DNA of 64,000 bases, taken from positions 499,419 through 563,418 of the forward strand of contig JBBDXB010000006.1 of the NCBI GenBank assembly GCA_040902515.1. Reading direction: 5' to 3'. The notes below the pieces were generated by a model, which saw only the letters and a program-made list of their open reading frames with translations, made no database searches and was not told the DNA's origin. Source of the DNA: Patescibacteria group bacterium (GTDB taxonomy: Bacteria > Patescibacteriota > SICC01). Position numbers and translations under genes: made by a program. Shown in pieces: positions 47,725-57,101 of the stretch. The first letter of the stretch is position 1. Each line of letters begins with the position of its first letter.

Positions 47725-49545
47725 ATGGCTACTGCTACCGCAAAGCGTGAAATCCCAGCCGAAGTAAGGGCGGAAGTACTTGAGCGTGATGAAAACAAGT
47801 GTAGGGAATGCGGATCCAAGCAGGGACTCAACCTGCACCACGTCTTGCCGGAACAGTTTGGTGGCAAAGAGACTCCCGACAATCTGATAACCGTCTGCAA
47901 GCTCCACCACAAAGCGAAACACGTGGAATTCCACATGTTCTATGGAGATAGCCGTAGTGTGGTTGCGCATATGAGGCGCTACGCCGACCAGGTACGTCAG
48001 CTGAGCGGTAACTTCTTCGGGTTGATGGGCGAGGTACGGCTTAAGCCCGTTCTCTACCTGCTGACCGGACAACGGACATTCCGTCCAAGTCAGGAAGAGG
48101 TAATCCGGGACGTGCTGGCGGGGCGTGACGTGTTATTTGTGACCCCGACAGGATCAGGGAAGTCACTTTGCTTTCAATTGCCGGGTCTTTTACTAGACGG
48201 ACAGACCATGGTTATTTCACCCCTGAAGTCTCTGATGAAGGATCAGGTTGAAGGATTGCTCAAACGGAAAGTACCAGCTACCTATATCAACAGTGACCTC
48301 GGTACGCATGAGAAAAACCAGCGGATAAAGTTTGCCTTAGAAGGGTTGTTCCGGTTCCTATATGTAACCCCCGAGCGGTTTTTCCAGCCGCGCCTCAACC
48401 TGAAGAACAGACTTATTCGAAAGTACAAACTGTTGGCGGTAGACGAAGCTCACTGCATCGATCTCTGGGGGCGCAACTTCCGGCCTTCTTACGCGAAGCT
48501 AGGAGAGCTGAAAAAGGCTCTGGGAAGTCCTCCGACCTTGGCGCTCACGGCAACGGCATCGAAACGAGTCCAAAAAGAAATACTTAAATCCCTTGATATG
48601 CCGAACGCGAAGCGTTACGTCACGGGTTTTCACCGCCCGGAGATTGAACTTTATAACCTGCAAATACCGGTCGGCTTCAAAGATGAAAAGACAGGGGACT
48701 TACTCAGAAGCGAAGAAAAAGTCGATGCCGCGAAAGCGGATCTCATCGAGCGGATACTCAAAGCTCCGAAGTACTACAAGCCAAACCCTCGGCGCCGGTG
48801 GCGAATGATAAAACGAGATATTGCTCCTAAGAAATTCGCGTTGGTTAAGGATGCGCTTTCAGAGCATCGAGAGCAGAGGGTTTCTTTCTACCAAACTTTC
48901 TTTCGGAAGTATAAGGGAGAGCTGCGCGCGGCGGTAAAGCTCATCCGGGACAAAAAACTCAAGCGTGGCGTGAGCCGTTTGACCAAGGCTCGCCAGAAAG
49001 TGCTTTGGCAGACGTATCAGATCGTCAATGACGACAAAGTTCTGATATTCGTGCCGACCGTTACCAAGGGAAAGGAATTAAGAAAAGAGCTAGAGAAGCG
49101 GGGCATTGCCATTGATTTCTACCATGGGAAACTGCCGGTTCACGAAAAAACCCAAGTACAAAACCGCTATTCCGGACTGTTTGGCAAGCAAAGCCGGGCG
49201 CTGATTAGCACCTCCGCATTCGGCATGGGAATAGACATTTCAAACATCAGGCGAGTGGTTCACTACTCGGTTACGGCAAGCCTAGAGGATTACTATCAGC
49301 AAATCGGGCGAGCGGGCAGGGATCGCAAGCGGTCTAAAGCGTTTCTGCTCTATGCCCCGGGCGACGAGGAATTAATCCGCTTCATGAACGAAGTTTCCAA
49401 AGAAGACAAGGAGGAACCGCTAACCGCACAGCAACGAGAACGCCTCGTTCAAATCGAAGAAAAAGAGTTGTCGGCAATGCTCGACTATCTCCAGGCGCCC
49501 CATCAATGGCGTCACATCCTCGATTACTTCGGAGAAACCGTTTAG
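47725..49545 (+). CDS. HNH endonuclease fused to a RecQ-family DNA helicase (no RQC/HRDC domains; about 130-aa basic insertion between the RecA lobes)
   Basis: N-terminal CRECGS...LHHVLP...DNLITVC..HH; RecQ motifs TFRPSQEEVIRDVLAGRDVLFVTPTGSGKSLCFQLP, VISPLKSLMKDQVEGL, LLAVDEAHCIDLWGRNFRPSY, AFGMGIDISNIRRVVHY, QQIGRAGRD. Confidence 0.85.
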   Translation: MATATAKREIPAEVRAEVLERDENKCRECGSKQGLNLHHVLPEQFGGKETPDNLITVCKLHHKAKHVEFHMFYGDSRSVVAHMRRYADQVRQLSGNFFGLMGEVRLKPVLYLLTGQRTFRPSQEEVIRDVLAGRDVLFVTPTGSGKSLCFQLPGLLLDGQTMVISPLKSLMKDQVEGLLKRKVPATYINSDLGTHEKNQRIKFALEGLFRFLYVTPERFFQPRLNLKNRLIRKYKLLAVDEAHCIDLWGRNFRPSYAKLGELKKALGSPPTLALTATASKRVQKEILKSLDMPNAKRYVTGFHRPEIELYNLQIPVGFKDEKTGDLLRSEEKVDAAKADLIERILKAPKYYKPNPRRRWRMIKRDIAPKKFALVKDALSEHREQRVSFYQTFFRKYKGELRAAVKLIRDKKLKRGVSRLTKARQKVLWQTYQIVNDDKVLIFVPTVTKGKELRKELEKRGIAIDFYHGKLPVHEKTQVQNRYSGLFGKQSRALISTSAFGMGIDISNIRRVVHYSVTASLEDYYQQIGRAGRDRKRSKAFLLYAPGDEELIRFMNEVSKEDKEEPLTAQQRERLVQIEEKELSAMLDYLQAPHQWRHILDYFGETV

Positions 49546-49602
49546 CGACCTTTTAACTATCGTTGCGCTAAGATTGCTGTATATGCAGATGAAAGCTGAT
49601 GA

Positions 49603-52600
49603 ATGAGTACCGACCAAACATTTCTTACGAATGAGCCGGGAAAACGACTCGTAGACCGGTTCAGGACGCTTATCAACGATACCCGGCTATTTGACTGTCT
49701 GGTCGGGTATTTCTTTGCCAGCGGTTTTCATCAGCTCTACAACTCTTTAGAAAAAACCGAGAAAATCCGCATCTTGATTGGTCTAAAAACTGATCGCACC
49801 GTGAAGAACCTATTTGACGAAGGCCAGATACCGCTCGGCGACTCCCACGCGGAAATCCGAGATGAGGGAGCTAAGCAATTGGCGAAAGAGATGGCTGAGT
49901 CTGACGACAGCCCGGACGTAGAAGCCGGAGCAAAGAAATTCATCGAATGGATACGAAGCGACAAGCTAGAAATCCGCGCTTGCAACGAACGTCTTCACTC
50001 CAAGCTGTACATCATGTCCTTCAAGAAAGGCCACATAGACGAAGGGCGGGTTATCACCGGTTCCAGCAACTTCACTAGTCCCGGACTGAAAGATAACCTT
50101 GAATTCAACGTCGAACTTAAGAACCGCTCTGATTTTGACTATGCCCTGAACAGTTTTAACGAACTATGGGAAAAATCAGTCGATTTGTCGGATCGTTTCG
50201 TGGATACGATGTCGAAAGATACTTGGCTTAACGACAAGATCACCCCATACGAGCTATACCTGAAGTTCCTGTATGAGTATTTCAAGGAACGACTCTCACC
50301 GGAAATCACAGCCGAGGACATTTACCTGCCCGAACGCTTCAAGAAGCTCCAGTATCAGCAAGAGGCCGTTGCTAGCGCGTACAAGATAGTTCGTGAGTAT
50401 GGAGGGGTATTCCTGTCCGATGTGGTCGGCCTCGGCAAGACCTACATGGCGGCGATGCTGGCAAGCCAACTTGAGGGTGGAACTTTGGTAATTGCGCCCC
50501 CATCGCTTCTCGACGAGAACAACCCCGGATCGTGGCCGAATGTATTTCGAGACTTTGGAGTGCGGCGCTTCCGCACGGAGTCGCTCGGAAAACTAGACCA
50601 TTTGCTTACACAAGGGGTCGAGCGGTACAAGAACGTCATCATCGACGAGTCGCACCGTTTCCGCACTGAGGACAACAAGACCTACGAGTCGTTGGCCAAG
50701 ATATGTCGGAACAAAAGAGTCGTGTTAGTTTCTGCGACTCCGCTGAATAACACTCCCAAGGATATCTTTTCCCAGATCAAGCTTTTCCAGCCACCAAGGA
50801 AAAGTGACATCCCGGGTGTCTCGAACCTCGAAGAATTCTTCGGGAGTCTCGACCGGAAAATCAAGAAGATTAAACGTGGAGAAGATTTTGAAGGATACGC
50901 GAAGACGACAAAGGAAAACGCCAAGGAAATCCGCGAAAAGGTACTTCGACATCTAATGATCCGTCGAACCCGCAAAGAGGTGGCTGAGTTCTTCAAAGAC
51001 GATATCGAAAAACAGGGCTTATCCTTTCCGGAAGTGAAGAACCCGAAGGCTGTCTACTACCAGCTCAGCAAGGAAGAAGATCGGATTTTTACGAGAACGC
51101 TGACGCTAATCAAGAACCTTAATTACGCCCGGTACAAGCCGATGCTCTATTACCTCAAGGACATTGGGCAGGCCGAGGAGCAGGCACAGATTAACCTCGT
51201 AAAGTTTATGGAAGTGTTACTGGTTAAACGCCTCGAAAGCAGTTTCTTCGCGTTTCGTCAGACCATTGACCGGTTCGTAGCGACCTATGAAGGTGCCATC
51301 TCGGAGTACGACAACGGCCGTGTCTTTGTGAGCAAGAAGTACGCCAATAAGATTTTCGGGTTACTGGAGTCTGGGGACGAAGACGGTATCCAGCACCTCT
51401 TAGCAACGAAGGATGCGGATGCCTATAAATCTTCTGATTTCAAAAAGACTTTCCGGGAAGACCTAGTGGCCGACTTGAAGGCGCTTCAGGAAATCCAGTC
51501 GATTTGGAAATCCATTAAGCGCGATCCGAAGCTTGAGCAGTTACTAGCAGATCTAAAATCAGAAGACGTTCTAAAAAAGAGCAAACTGATTATTTTCACG
51601 GAGTCAGGGGAGACTGCCGACTATCTGCACAAAGAGATTTCAAAGCATTCTAAGGAAGCCATTAAGTTCTCAGGCTCGTCTAGCGAAGAGCGACGTCGGC
51701 AGGTCATCGATAACTTCGACGCGAACGCACGCAATAAGAGTGATGAATTCAGGTTGCTAATCACTACAGACGTCTTAGCTGAAGGCGTGAACCTTCACCG
51801 CTCTAACGTAGTCCTGAACTACGACATCCCTTGGAACCCAACGCGGATGATGCAACGGGTCGGCCGGATCAATCGTGTAGATACACCCTTCAAAGTCATC
51901 CACTCATACAACTTCTTCCCGACGACTCAAGCAAACACGCAGATTAAGCTGCAAGAAGCGGCTGAGGCGAAGATTATGGCGTTTATCGACATGCTTGGCG
52001 CGGATGCGAAGTTGTTGACCGAGGGAGAGGAAATCAAGTCGCATGACCTCTTCAGCCGCCTGAATTCGAAAGCTACGATTACTGGCGAAGAAGAAGACAC
52101 AGACAGTGAGCTGGCATTCTTCGAAGTGATTAGGAACGTCAGGGACAAAGACTCGAAGCTGTTTGCGAAGATCAAACGGTTGCCGAAGAAGGCTAGGGCG
52201 GGTCGCAAAGCCAAAGACTCACGTCCGGGCTTGGTTACCTACTTCCGCAAAGGAAGGCTTGAAAAGTTTTACCTGTCTTCAAAAGAGATTGATTTCATGG
52301 AAGCTGCCAAAGTGTTTGAGGCTGAACCACAAGAGAAGACAGTTCCGCTAGACAAGGCATATTACTCACTGCTGGATCGGAACAAGGGGGCGTTTACTGC
52401 TGCGACGACCGAGGACGAAGAGGCGGCCAAGGGCAGGGGCGGCCGGGATACGACCACCAAACTCAGGAACATACTTACCTCCAGTGAGATGAGAGGTTAC
52501 GAAGGCTTCTCTGACGAAGATGAAACATTCTTGAATGGTGTCGTCCGAGCGCTAGAAGAGGGCAGCGTACCTGCTCACACGCGCAAAGAGCTTCACAAAG

Positions 52601-52767
52601 CGCTAGAAGCGGAGATTAAGGGTGGAAAAGCCAACCAGACCAGAATTTTGGCACTAACCAGACGGAACTTCCCGGAAGAGTTTCTCGCGTCCAACCGTGA
52701 TACCGGCAATCGTCAAGCGGGCCCGCGCGAAGTAATACTTTCCGAATACTTTGTTCAGAAGAAGTGA
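49603..52767 (+). CDS. PLD-family nuclease domain fused to an SNF2-family (DExH) helicase
   Basis: HSKLYIMSF...GSSNFTSPG (HxK...GSxN) at the N-terminus; SNF2 motifs LSDVVGLGKT, IIDESHRFR, VLVSATPLNN, helicase-C ITTDVLAEGVNLH and MQRVGRINR. Confidence 0.85.
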   Translation: MSTDQTFLTNEPGKRLVDRFRTLINDTRLFDCLVGYFFASGFHQLYNSLEKTEKIRILIGLKTDRTVKNLFDEGQIPLGDSHAEIRDEGAKQLAKEMAESDDSPDVEAGAKKFIEWIRSDKLEIRACNERLHSKLYIMSFKKGHIDEGRVITGSSNFTSPGLKDNLEFNVELKNRSDFDYALNSFNELWEKSVDLSDRFVDTMSKDTWLNDKITPYELYLKFLYEYFKERLSPEITAEDIYLPERFKKLQYQQEAVASAYKIVREYGGVFLSDVVGLGKTYMAAMLASQLEGGTLVIAPPSLLDENNPGSWPNVFRDFGVRRFRTESLGKLDHLLTQGVERYKNVIIDESHRFRTEDNKTYESLAKICRNKRVVLVSATPLNNTPKDIFSQIKLFQPPRKSDIPGVSNLEEFFGSLDRKIKKIKRGEDFEGYAKTTKENAKEIREKVLRHLMIRRTRKEVAEFFKDDIEKQGLSFPEVKNPKAVYYQLSKEEDRIFTRTLTLIKNLNYARYKPMLYYLKDIGQAEEQAQINLVKFMEVLLVKRLESSFFAFRQTIDRFVATYEGAISEYDNGRVFVSKKYANKIFGLLESGDEDGIQHLLATKDADAYKSSDFKKTFREDLVADLKALQEIQSIWKSIKRDPKLEQLLADLKSEDVLKKSKLIIFTESGETADYLHKEISKHSKEAIKFSGSSSEERRRQVIDNFDANARNKSDEFRLLITTDVLAEGVNLHRSNVVLNYDIPWNPTRMMQRVGRINRVDTPFKVIHSYNFFPTTQANTQIKLQEAAEAKIMAFIDMLGADAKLLTEGEEIKSHDLFSRLNSKATITGEEEDTDSELAFFEVIRNVRDKDSKLFAKIKRLPKKARAGRKAKDSRPGLVTYFRKGRLEKFYLSSKEIDFMEAAKVFEAEPQEKTVPLDKAYYSLLDRNKGAFTAATTEDEEAAKGRGGRDTTTKLRNILTSSEMRGYEGFSDEDETFLNGVVRALEEGSVPAHTRKELHKALEAEIKGGKANQTRILALTRRNFPEEFLASNRDTGNRQAGPREVILSEYFVQKK

Positions 52768-52768
52768 T

Positions 52769-55700
52769 ATGCAGAATACAGAAGCTACGAAGCTGGTAAA
52801 CGAAGTTCTCGGCAGCCCCTTTGATCGGGGCGGTTTTGGTTCATTAGCCAAGAATATCTTGAAGAAACTCGATGACCGAAGTGAAAACAGTACATTTTCG
52901 TATTCCGGGAACCTCATTCCAGACGCGTTCAAAGGTCATGTGAGCAAGTACGAGCGGCTGGGTAAGTACCAAGACCCCAGCAGTAAGCACCACACCGTTG
53001 ATGTGCTAATAGTTCACTTGGCAAAAACCGACGCCCTAGATCGGGCAAGGACGATGCAAAGGAACTTTATTGCCCGGTATCTAAATGGTAGTCGCGGCGG
53101 GCAACAAAAGGATGCGGCGCTAGTTGCGTTCGTAGCTCCAAATAGAAACGACTGGCGATTTTCTCTGGTACGAATGGATTACAAAGACTTCGGAACGAAG
53201 AAAGAACTTTCACCTGCACGCAGGTACTCATTCCTTGTGGGGCAGGATGAGCAAACTCATACAGCGAGAACGCAACTCGTAGACATTCTGACTTCTGACG
53301 AACTGCCGGATATAGAAGTACTCACATCGGCGTTCAATGTAGAAAAGGTAGGACAGGAATTCTTTGAAAGGTACAAAGAATTATTCCTTCAACTGAAGGA
53401 AGCCCTTGATGGAATGATTGAGTCAGACAAGTCCATTGCCCGGGACTTCAGCTCGAAAGAAGTGAGATCTGAAGATTTCGCAAAGAAACTACTGGGTCAA
53501 GTGGTCTTTTTATACTTTCTTCAGAAGAAAGGATGGTTAGGGGTTCCCAAAGAGAAAACTTGGGGCGAGGGGCCAAAGGATTTCCTTCGAAGACTGTATT
53601 TAGGGAAATACGGCGAATACAGTAACTTCTTTAACGATGTCCTTGAGCCTCTCTTTTATGAAGCACTATCCACGGAACGGAGTAAGCACTATTACGACCG
53701 ATTGAAATCAAAAATTCCTTTTCTCAATGGCGGATTATTTGAGCCAATCGACGATTACGATTGGGTAGATACCGACGTTTTGATACCCGACAAATTATTC
53801 TCTAATTCAGATAATGCAGACTTAGGTACTGGCATTTTGGATGTTTTTGATAGGTACAACTTCACAGTCAAAGAGGATGAACCACTTGATAAAGAAGTAG
53901 CGGTTGATCCCGAGATGCTGGGAAAAGTATTTGAAAACTTATTGGATGTCAGAGATCGTCGGTCGAAGGGTTCCTACTACACCCCTAGAGAAATCGTCCA
54001 TTACATGTGTCAGGCATCACTGCTTAATTACTTGGACTCCCGCATCGACGGGAAAATCTCTAGATCCGATTTAGAGTCTTTCTTAAGGACTTCCGACATG
54101 GTGGTAGAACATGACTCGCTCATTCAGAAAAGGGGAAAAGAAACCTCGGCATACCAATATAAATTGCCAGAAAATGTTAGGGCGTACGCAGATAAGATAG
54201 ATAGCCTTTTGTCTGAGGTGCGGGTCTGCGATCCGGCTATAGGCTCAGGCGCTTATCCGGTAGGGATGATGCATGAGATAGTTCGTGCCAGACAAGTTCT
54301 TGCAATATTCAGCAGCAAACCCTTTTCTGCGTATCAGCTCAAGCTAGACGTCATCCAAAACTCCTTATTTGGTGTTAATATTGACTCCGGAGCCGTTGAG
54401 ATTGCGAAACTCAGACTTTGGCTTTCACTTGTGGTCGATGAAAATTCTACGGACGAAATTGACCCACTCCCCAACCTTGATTACAGGATTATGCAGGGGA
54501 ACAGCCTCGTCGAAGATTTTGGAGAAATTGAACTATTCGACGCAGAAGTCCTAAAAGATGAGTCGTCGCGTGAGGGAAAGAAACTTGCAGTTCGTAACCT
54601 CAAAAAACAGGTTGAGACTCTGGAGAAAGAGTACCTCTCGCTTCATAAATCTTCTCAACTTACGGACGCACGCAAGAAAGCCATCAACAAGGAAATACGA
54701 AGAACACGTCGAAGGTTGAAATTATTAGCCGGCAGCAAAACAGATGACCGCCTCAGTCTGTTCTCGGACAAGGGTGAAGTTGATTACAAACAGGTTCTTC
54801 GAGAACTCTTTGAAAAGTTTTTTGATGCTTCTCATAAGAAAGAAAAAGATCAGCTTAGAAGTAATATAGAAGAAATCCAATGGCACTTAATTGAGTCTTC
54901 GTTAGTCAAAGAGGGTAAGGCAGACAAAATTGATGAGATTGAAGATTTACGCTCCAAAAAACAGAGACCTTTTTTCATTTGGCATTTGTACTTTCTAGAG
55001 GTTTTCGAAGAAAAAGGTGGCTTCGATATCGTCCTTGGCAATCCGCCGTACTTAGAGTCGCGACACCCCAACTTCAGCGAGTCAATGAAGGATGACGTAC
55101 AGCGTGCCGCCCATAAGAGGTGGCCGCAAGACGCCGATAAAATCACAAGGGGATCGGACTTACTTGTTTACTTTTTTGAACTTGGTCTTTCATTAGTAAA
55201 CAAAAGTGGGCAGGTCATCCTTTTGACACAAAACTCTTGGCTCGACACAGAATACGGAAAGAAGTTTCAAGAGTTCTTACTGAAGCATTCGAAGGTAGAG
55301 TCGATTATCGATAGCGATTTCAAACACTTTGATAGTCGCCTAGGACCCAACATTAATACAATCATCACAACTCTCCGATCGGGCGGTAACGAGAAGTCGA
55401 ACACCTATCTTGCAAAGTTTCACGAGAACTATTCTGATATGCCGCTTACGCTCTCAAGCAAACTGGGTAAATTAGCGACTATCAAGAATTTAACTTCGGA
55501 TAGTGGCCTGTTACAGAAGTACAAATGGGGATTTATTCTTTCGAGTAATCAAATATTGCTTGAAGCCGTAGATGCACTGAGTAAGAGCGGGCAATTCTTA
55601 TCCGAGCTAGATGGTATCTCGGTTGGGCAAGGGTTAAACGTGTCAAAATCTTCTATTTACGAGAAAAGCCTCTTAAAGAAGTTTCCCTTCGTAAAGAAAG

Positions 55701-56329
55701 CGACCGTACCTATCGCAACCAGTGCGGATAAGCCAAAGTTCGAAATAACTTCTGTCGAGTGCTTCTTAGTAGACTCAACTCGATTGTCGGAGGAAGAACG
55801 TGAAAAGTTAAAAAAAGCTGAGATTAATTTGTATACTTCGTCTTCAACGTCTAAGGATTATCCAACCATGTCGTTGCCTCGTGGCCTGAGTGATAAACAC
55901 TACTGCACCGTCCATGAAATAAAGACTCATACGGCAAGCGCTGTTGATCTTTATTCGGAGAAAGATTTTGGGAAAGATCTTCGACTACTGAACATCTGGG
56001 CAGTATTAAATTCGACATTAGGTTGGCTCATAAGAGAGACATCTGGAAGAAAGAATTTGGGCGGGGGAATGCTCAAGGCAGAGGCAGTAGACTTGAAAGC
56101 TTTTCCTCTGTATCTCGATCTGAAAAAAGACAAACAGATCAGCAAGATCTTTACGAAGACAAAAGGGCGGCTGGTGAAATCCGTGTTCGAAGAAATGAAA
56201 ACTGAAGAGCATAAAGCCATAGATAGGATTGTGTTCGACCACCTTTCGATACTCCCAAAAAATAGAAAAGGTTTGATTGATCTTACGCTTGAAACAGTTA
56301 GGGATAGGTATGCCAAATCCAAAACCTAG
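52769..56329 (+). CDS. gamma-class N6-adenine DNA methyltransferase of the MmeI/Eco57I/PglX/DrmMI lineage (about 1186 aa) with a long N-terminal domain and C-terminal putative target-recognition region
   Basis: Motif X YYTPREIV, motif I VCDPAIGSGAYP (nt about 54230), FFIWHLYFLEVF hinge, motif IV VLGNPPY (55040-55051), LNGGLFEP motif; the ATG at 52769 is 2 nt after the upstream stop (the track TTG at 52751 overlaps). Confidence 0.85.
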   Translation: MQNTEATKLVNEVLGSPFDRGGFGSLAKNILKKLDDRSENSTFSYSGNLIPDAFKGHVSKYERLGKYQDPSSKHHTVDVLIVHLAKTDALDRARTMQRNFIARYLNGSRGGQQKDAALVAFVAPNRNDWRFSLVRMDYKDFGTKKELSPARRYSFLVGQDEQTHTARTQLVDILTSDELPDIEVLTSAFNVEKVGQEFFERYKELFLQLKEALDGMIESDKSIARDFSSKEVRSEDFAKKLLGQVVFLYFLQKKGWLGVPKEKTWGEGPKDFLRRLYLGKYGEYSNFFNDVLEPLFYEALSTERSKHYYDRLKSKIPFLNGGLFEPIDDYDWVDTDVLIPDKLFSNSDNADLGTGILDVFDRYNFTVKEDEPLDKEVAVDPEMLGKVFENLLDVRDRRSKGSYYTPREIVHYMCQASLLNYLDSRIDGKISRSDLESFLRTSDMVVEHDSLIQKRGKETSAYQYKLPENVRAYADKIDSLLSEVRVCDPAIGSGAYPVGMMHEIVRARQVLAIFSSKPFSAYQLKLDVIQNSLFGVNIDSGAVEIAKLRLWLSLVVDENSTDEIDPLPNLDYRIMQGNSLVEDFGEIELFDAEVLKDESSREGKKLAVRNLKKQVETLEKEYLSLHKSSQLTDARKKAINKEIRRTRRRLKLLAGSKTDDRLSLFSDKGEVDYKQVLRELFEKFFDASHKKEKDQLRSNIEEIQWHLIESSLVKEGKADKIDEIEDLRSKKQRPFFIWHLYFLEVFEEKGGFDIVLGNPPYLESRHPNFSESMKDDVQRAAHKRWPQDADKITRGSDLLVYFFELGLSLVNKSGQVILLTQNSWLDTEYGKKFQEFLLKHSKVESIIDSDFKHFDSRLGPNINTIITTLRSGGNEKSNTYLAKFHENYSDMPLTLSSKLGKLATIKNLTSDSGLLQKYKWGFILSSNQILLEAVDALSKSGQFLSELDGISVGQGLNVSKSSIYEKSLLKKFPFVKKATVPIATSADKPKFEITSVECFLVDSTRLSEEEREKLKKAEINLYTSSSTSKDYPTMSLPRGLSDKHYCTVHEIKTHTASAVDLYSEKDFGKDLRLLNIWAVLNSTLGWLIRETSGRKNLGGGMLKAEAVDLKAFPLYLDLKKDKQISKIFTKTKGRLVKSVFEEMKTEEHKAIDRIVFDHLSILPKNRKGLIDLTLETVRDRYAKSKT

Positions 56330-57101
56330 TCCGAAGAAAGGATACACACGCACGCGCAATGTGTTCGACCCTGAGTCAGCTGATACGTATAAACTGTCTA
56401 GATCAAAGCTTGAGAACTTCATACGATGTCCTCGTTGTTTCTATCTTGATCGCCGACTCGGAGTAGGACAGCCGCAAGGCCCGCCGTTTCTACTGAACTC
56501 AGCGGTGGACGAGCTGCTGAAAAAGGAATTCGACCGACATCGGAAAGCTCAGACCAAGCACAAGATTTGCGAGCAATTCGGGGTGGACGCGATCCCACTC
56601 AATCACGAGAAGCTCGATATTTGGAGACACAACTTCGCCGGGCTGGAAACACTACATAAGCCAACGAACTTATTGATTTTCGGGGCGGTGGACGACATCT
56701 GGGTCAACCCGGCCGGGGAGTGGATTGTGGTCGACTATAAGGCCACCTCAAAGCGTGCTGAGATCACACTGGATACCAAGTGGGGCAAAGGCTACAAGAG
56801 ACAGTTAGAGATTTACCAGTGGATATTGAAGCAAAACGGCGAGCCCGTCTCGGAGACCGCATACATCCTGTACTGCAATAACATTCTTGATCGGGAAGAC
56901 TTCGATAATCGCCTCGATTTTGAGGTAAGCATGTTCAAGCACGAAGGCGATACCTCGTGGGTCGAGCCGAAGATTATCGAGGCTCATAAGGCTCTAGTTT
57001 CTGGTCAAATCCCCTCGCCAGCCGAAGACTGCGAGTATTGTGCTTACCGAGAAGCCGCGAGATTAAAGGAAGTCGATGTCACCAAAGAAATCAATCAGTG
57101 A
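56310..57101 (+). CDS. Cas4/RecB-like PD-(D/E)xK nuclease with N- and C-terminal CxxC pairs (putative Fe-S)
   Basis: IRCPRCFY...GAVDDIWVNPAGEWIVVDYKATSK (D, ExK)...RQLEIYQWIL...YILYC...EDCEYCAY; the ATG overlaps the MTase stop. Confidence 0.75.
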   Translation: MPNPKPSPKKGYTRTRNVFDPESADTYKLSRSKLENFIRCPRCFYLDRRLGVGQPQGPPFLLNSAVDELLKKEFDRHRKAQTKHKICEQFGVDAIPLNHEKLDIWRHNFAGLETLHKPTNLLIFGAVDDIWVNPAGEWIVVDYKATSKRAEITLDTKWGKGYKRQLEIYQWILKQNGEPVSETAYILYCNNILDREDFDNRLDFEVSMFKHEGDTSWVEPKIIEAHKALVSGQIPSPAEDCEYCAYREAARLKEVDVTKEINQ

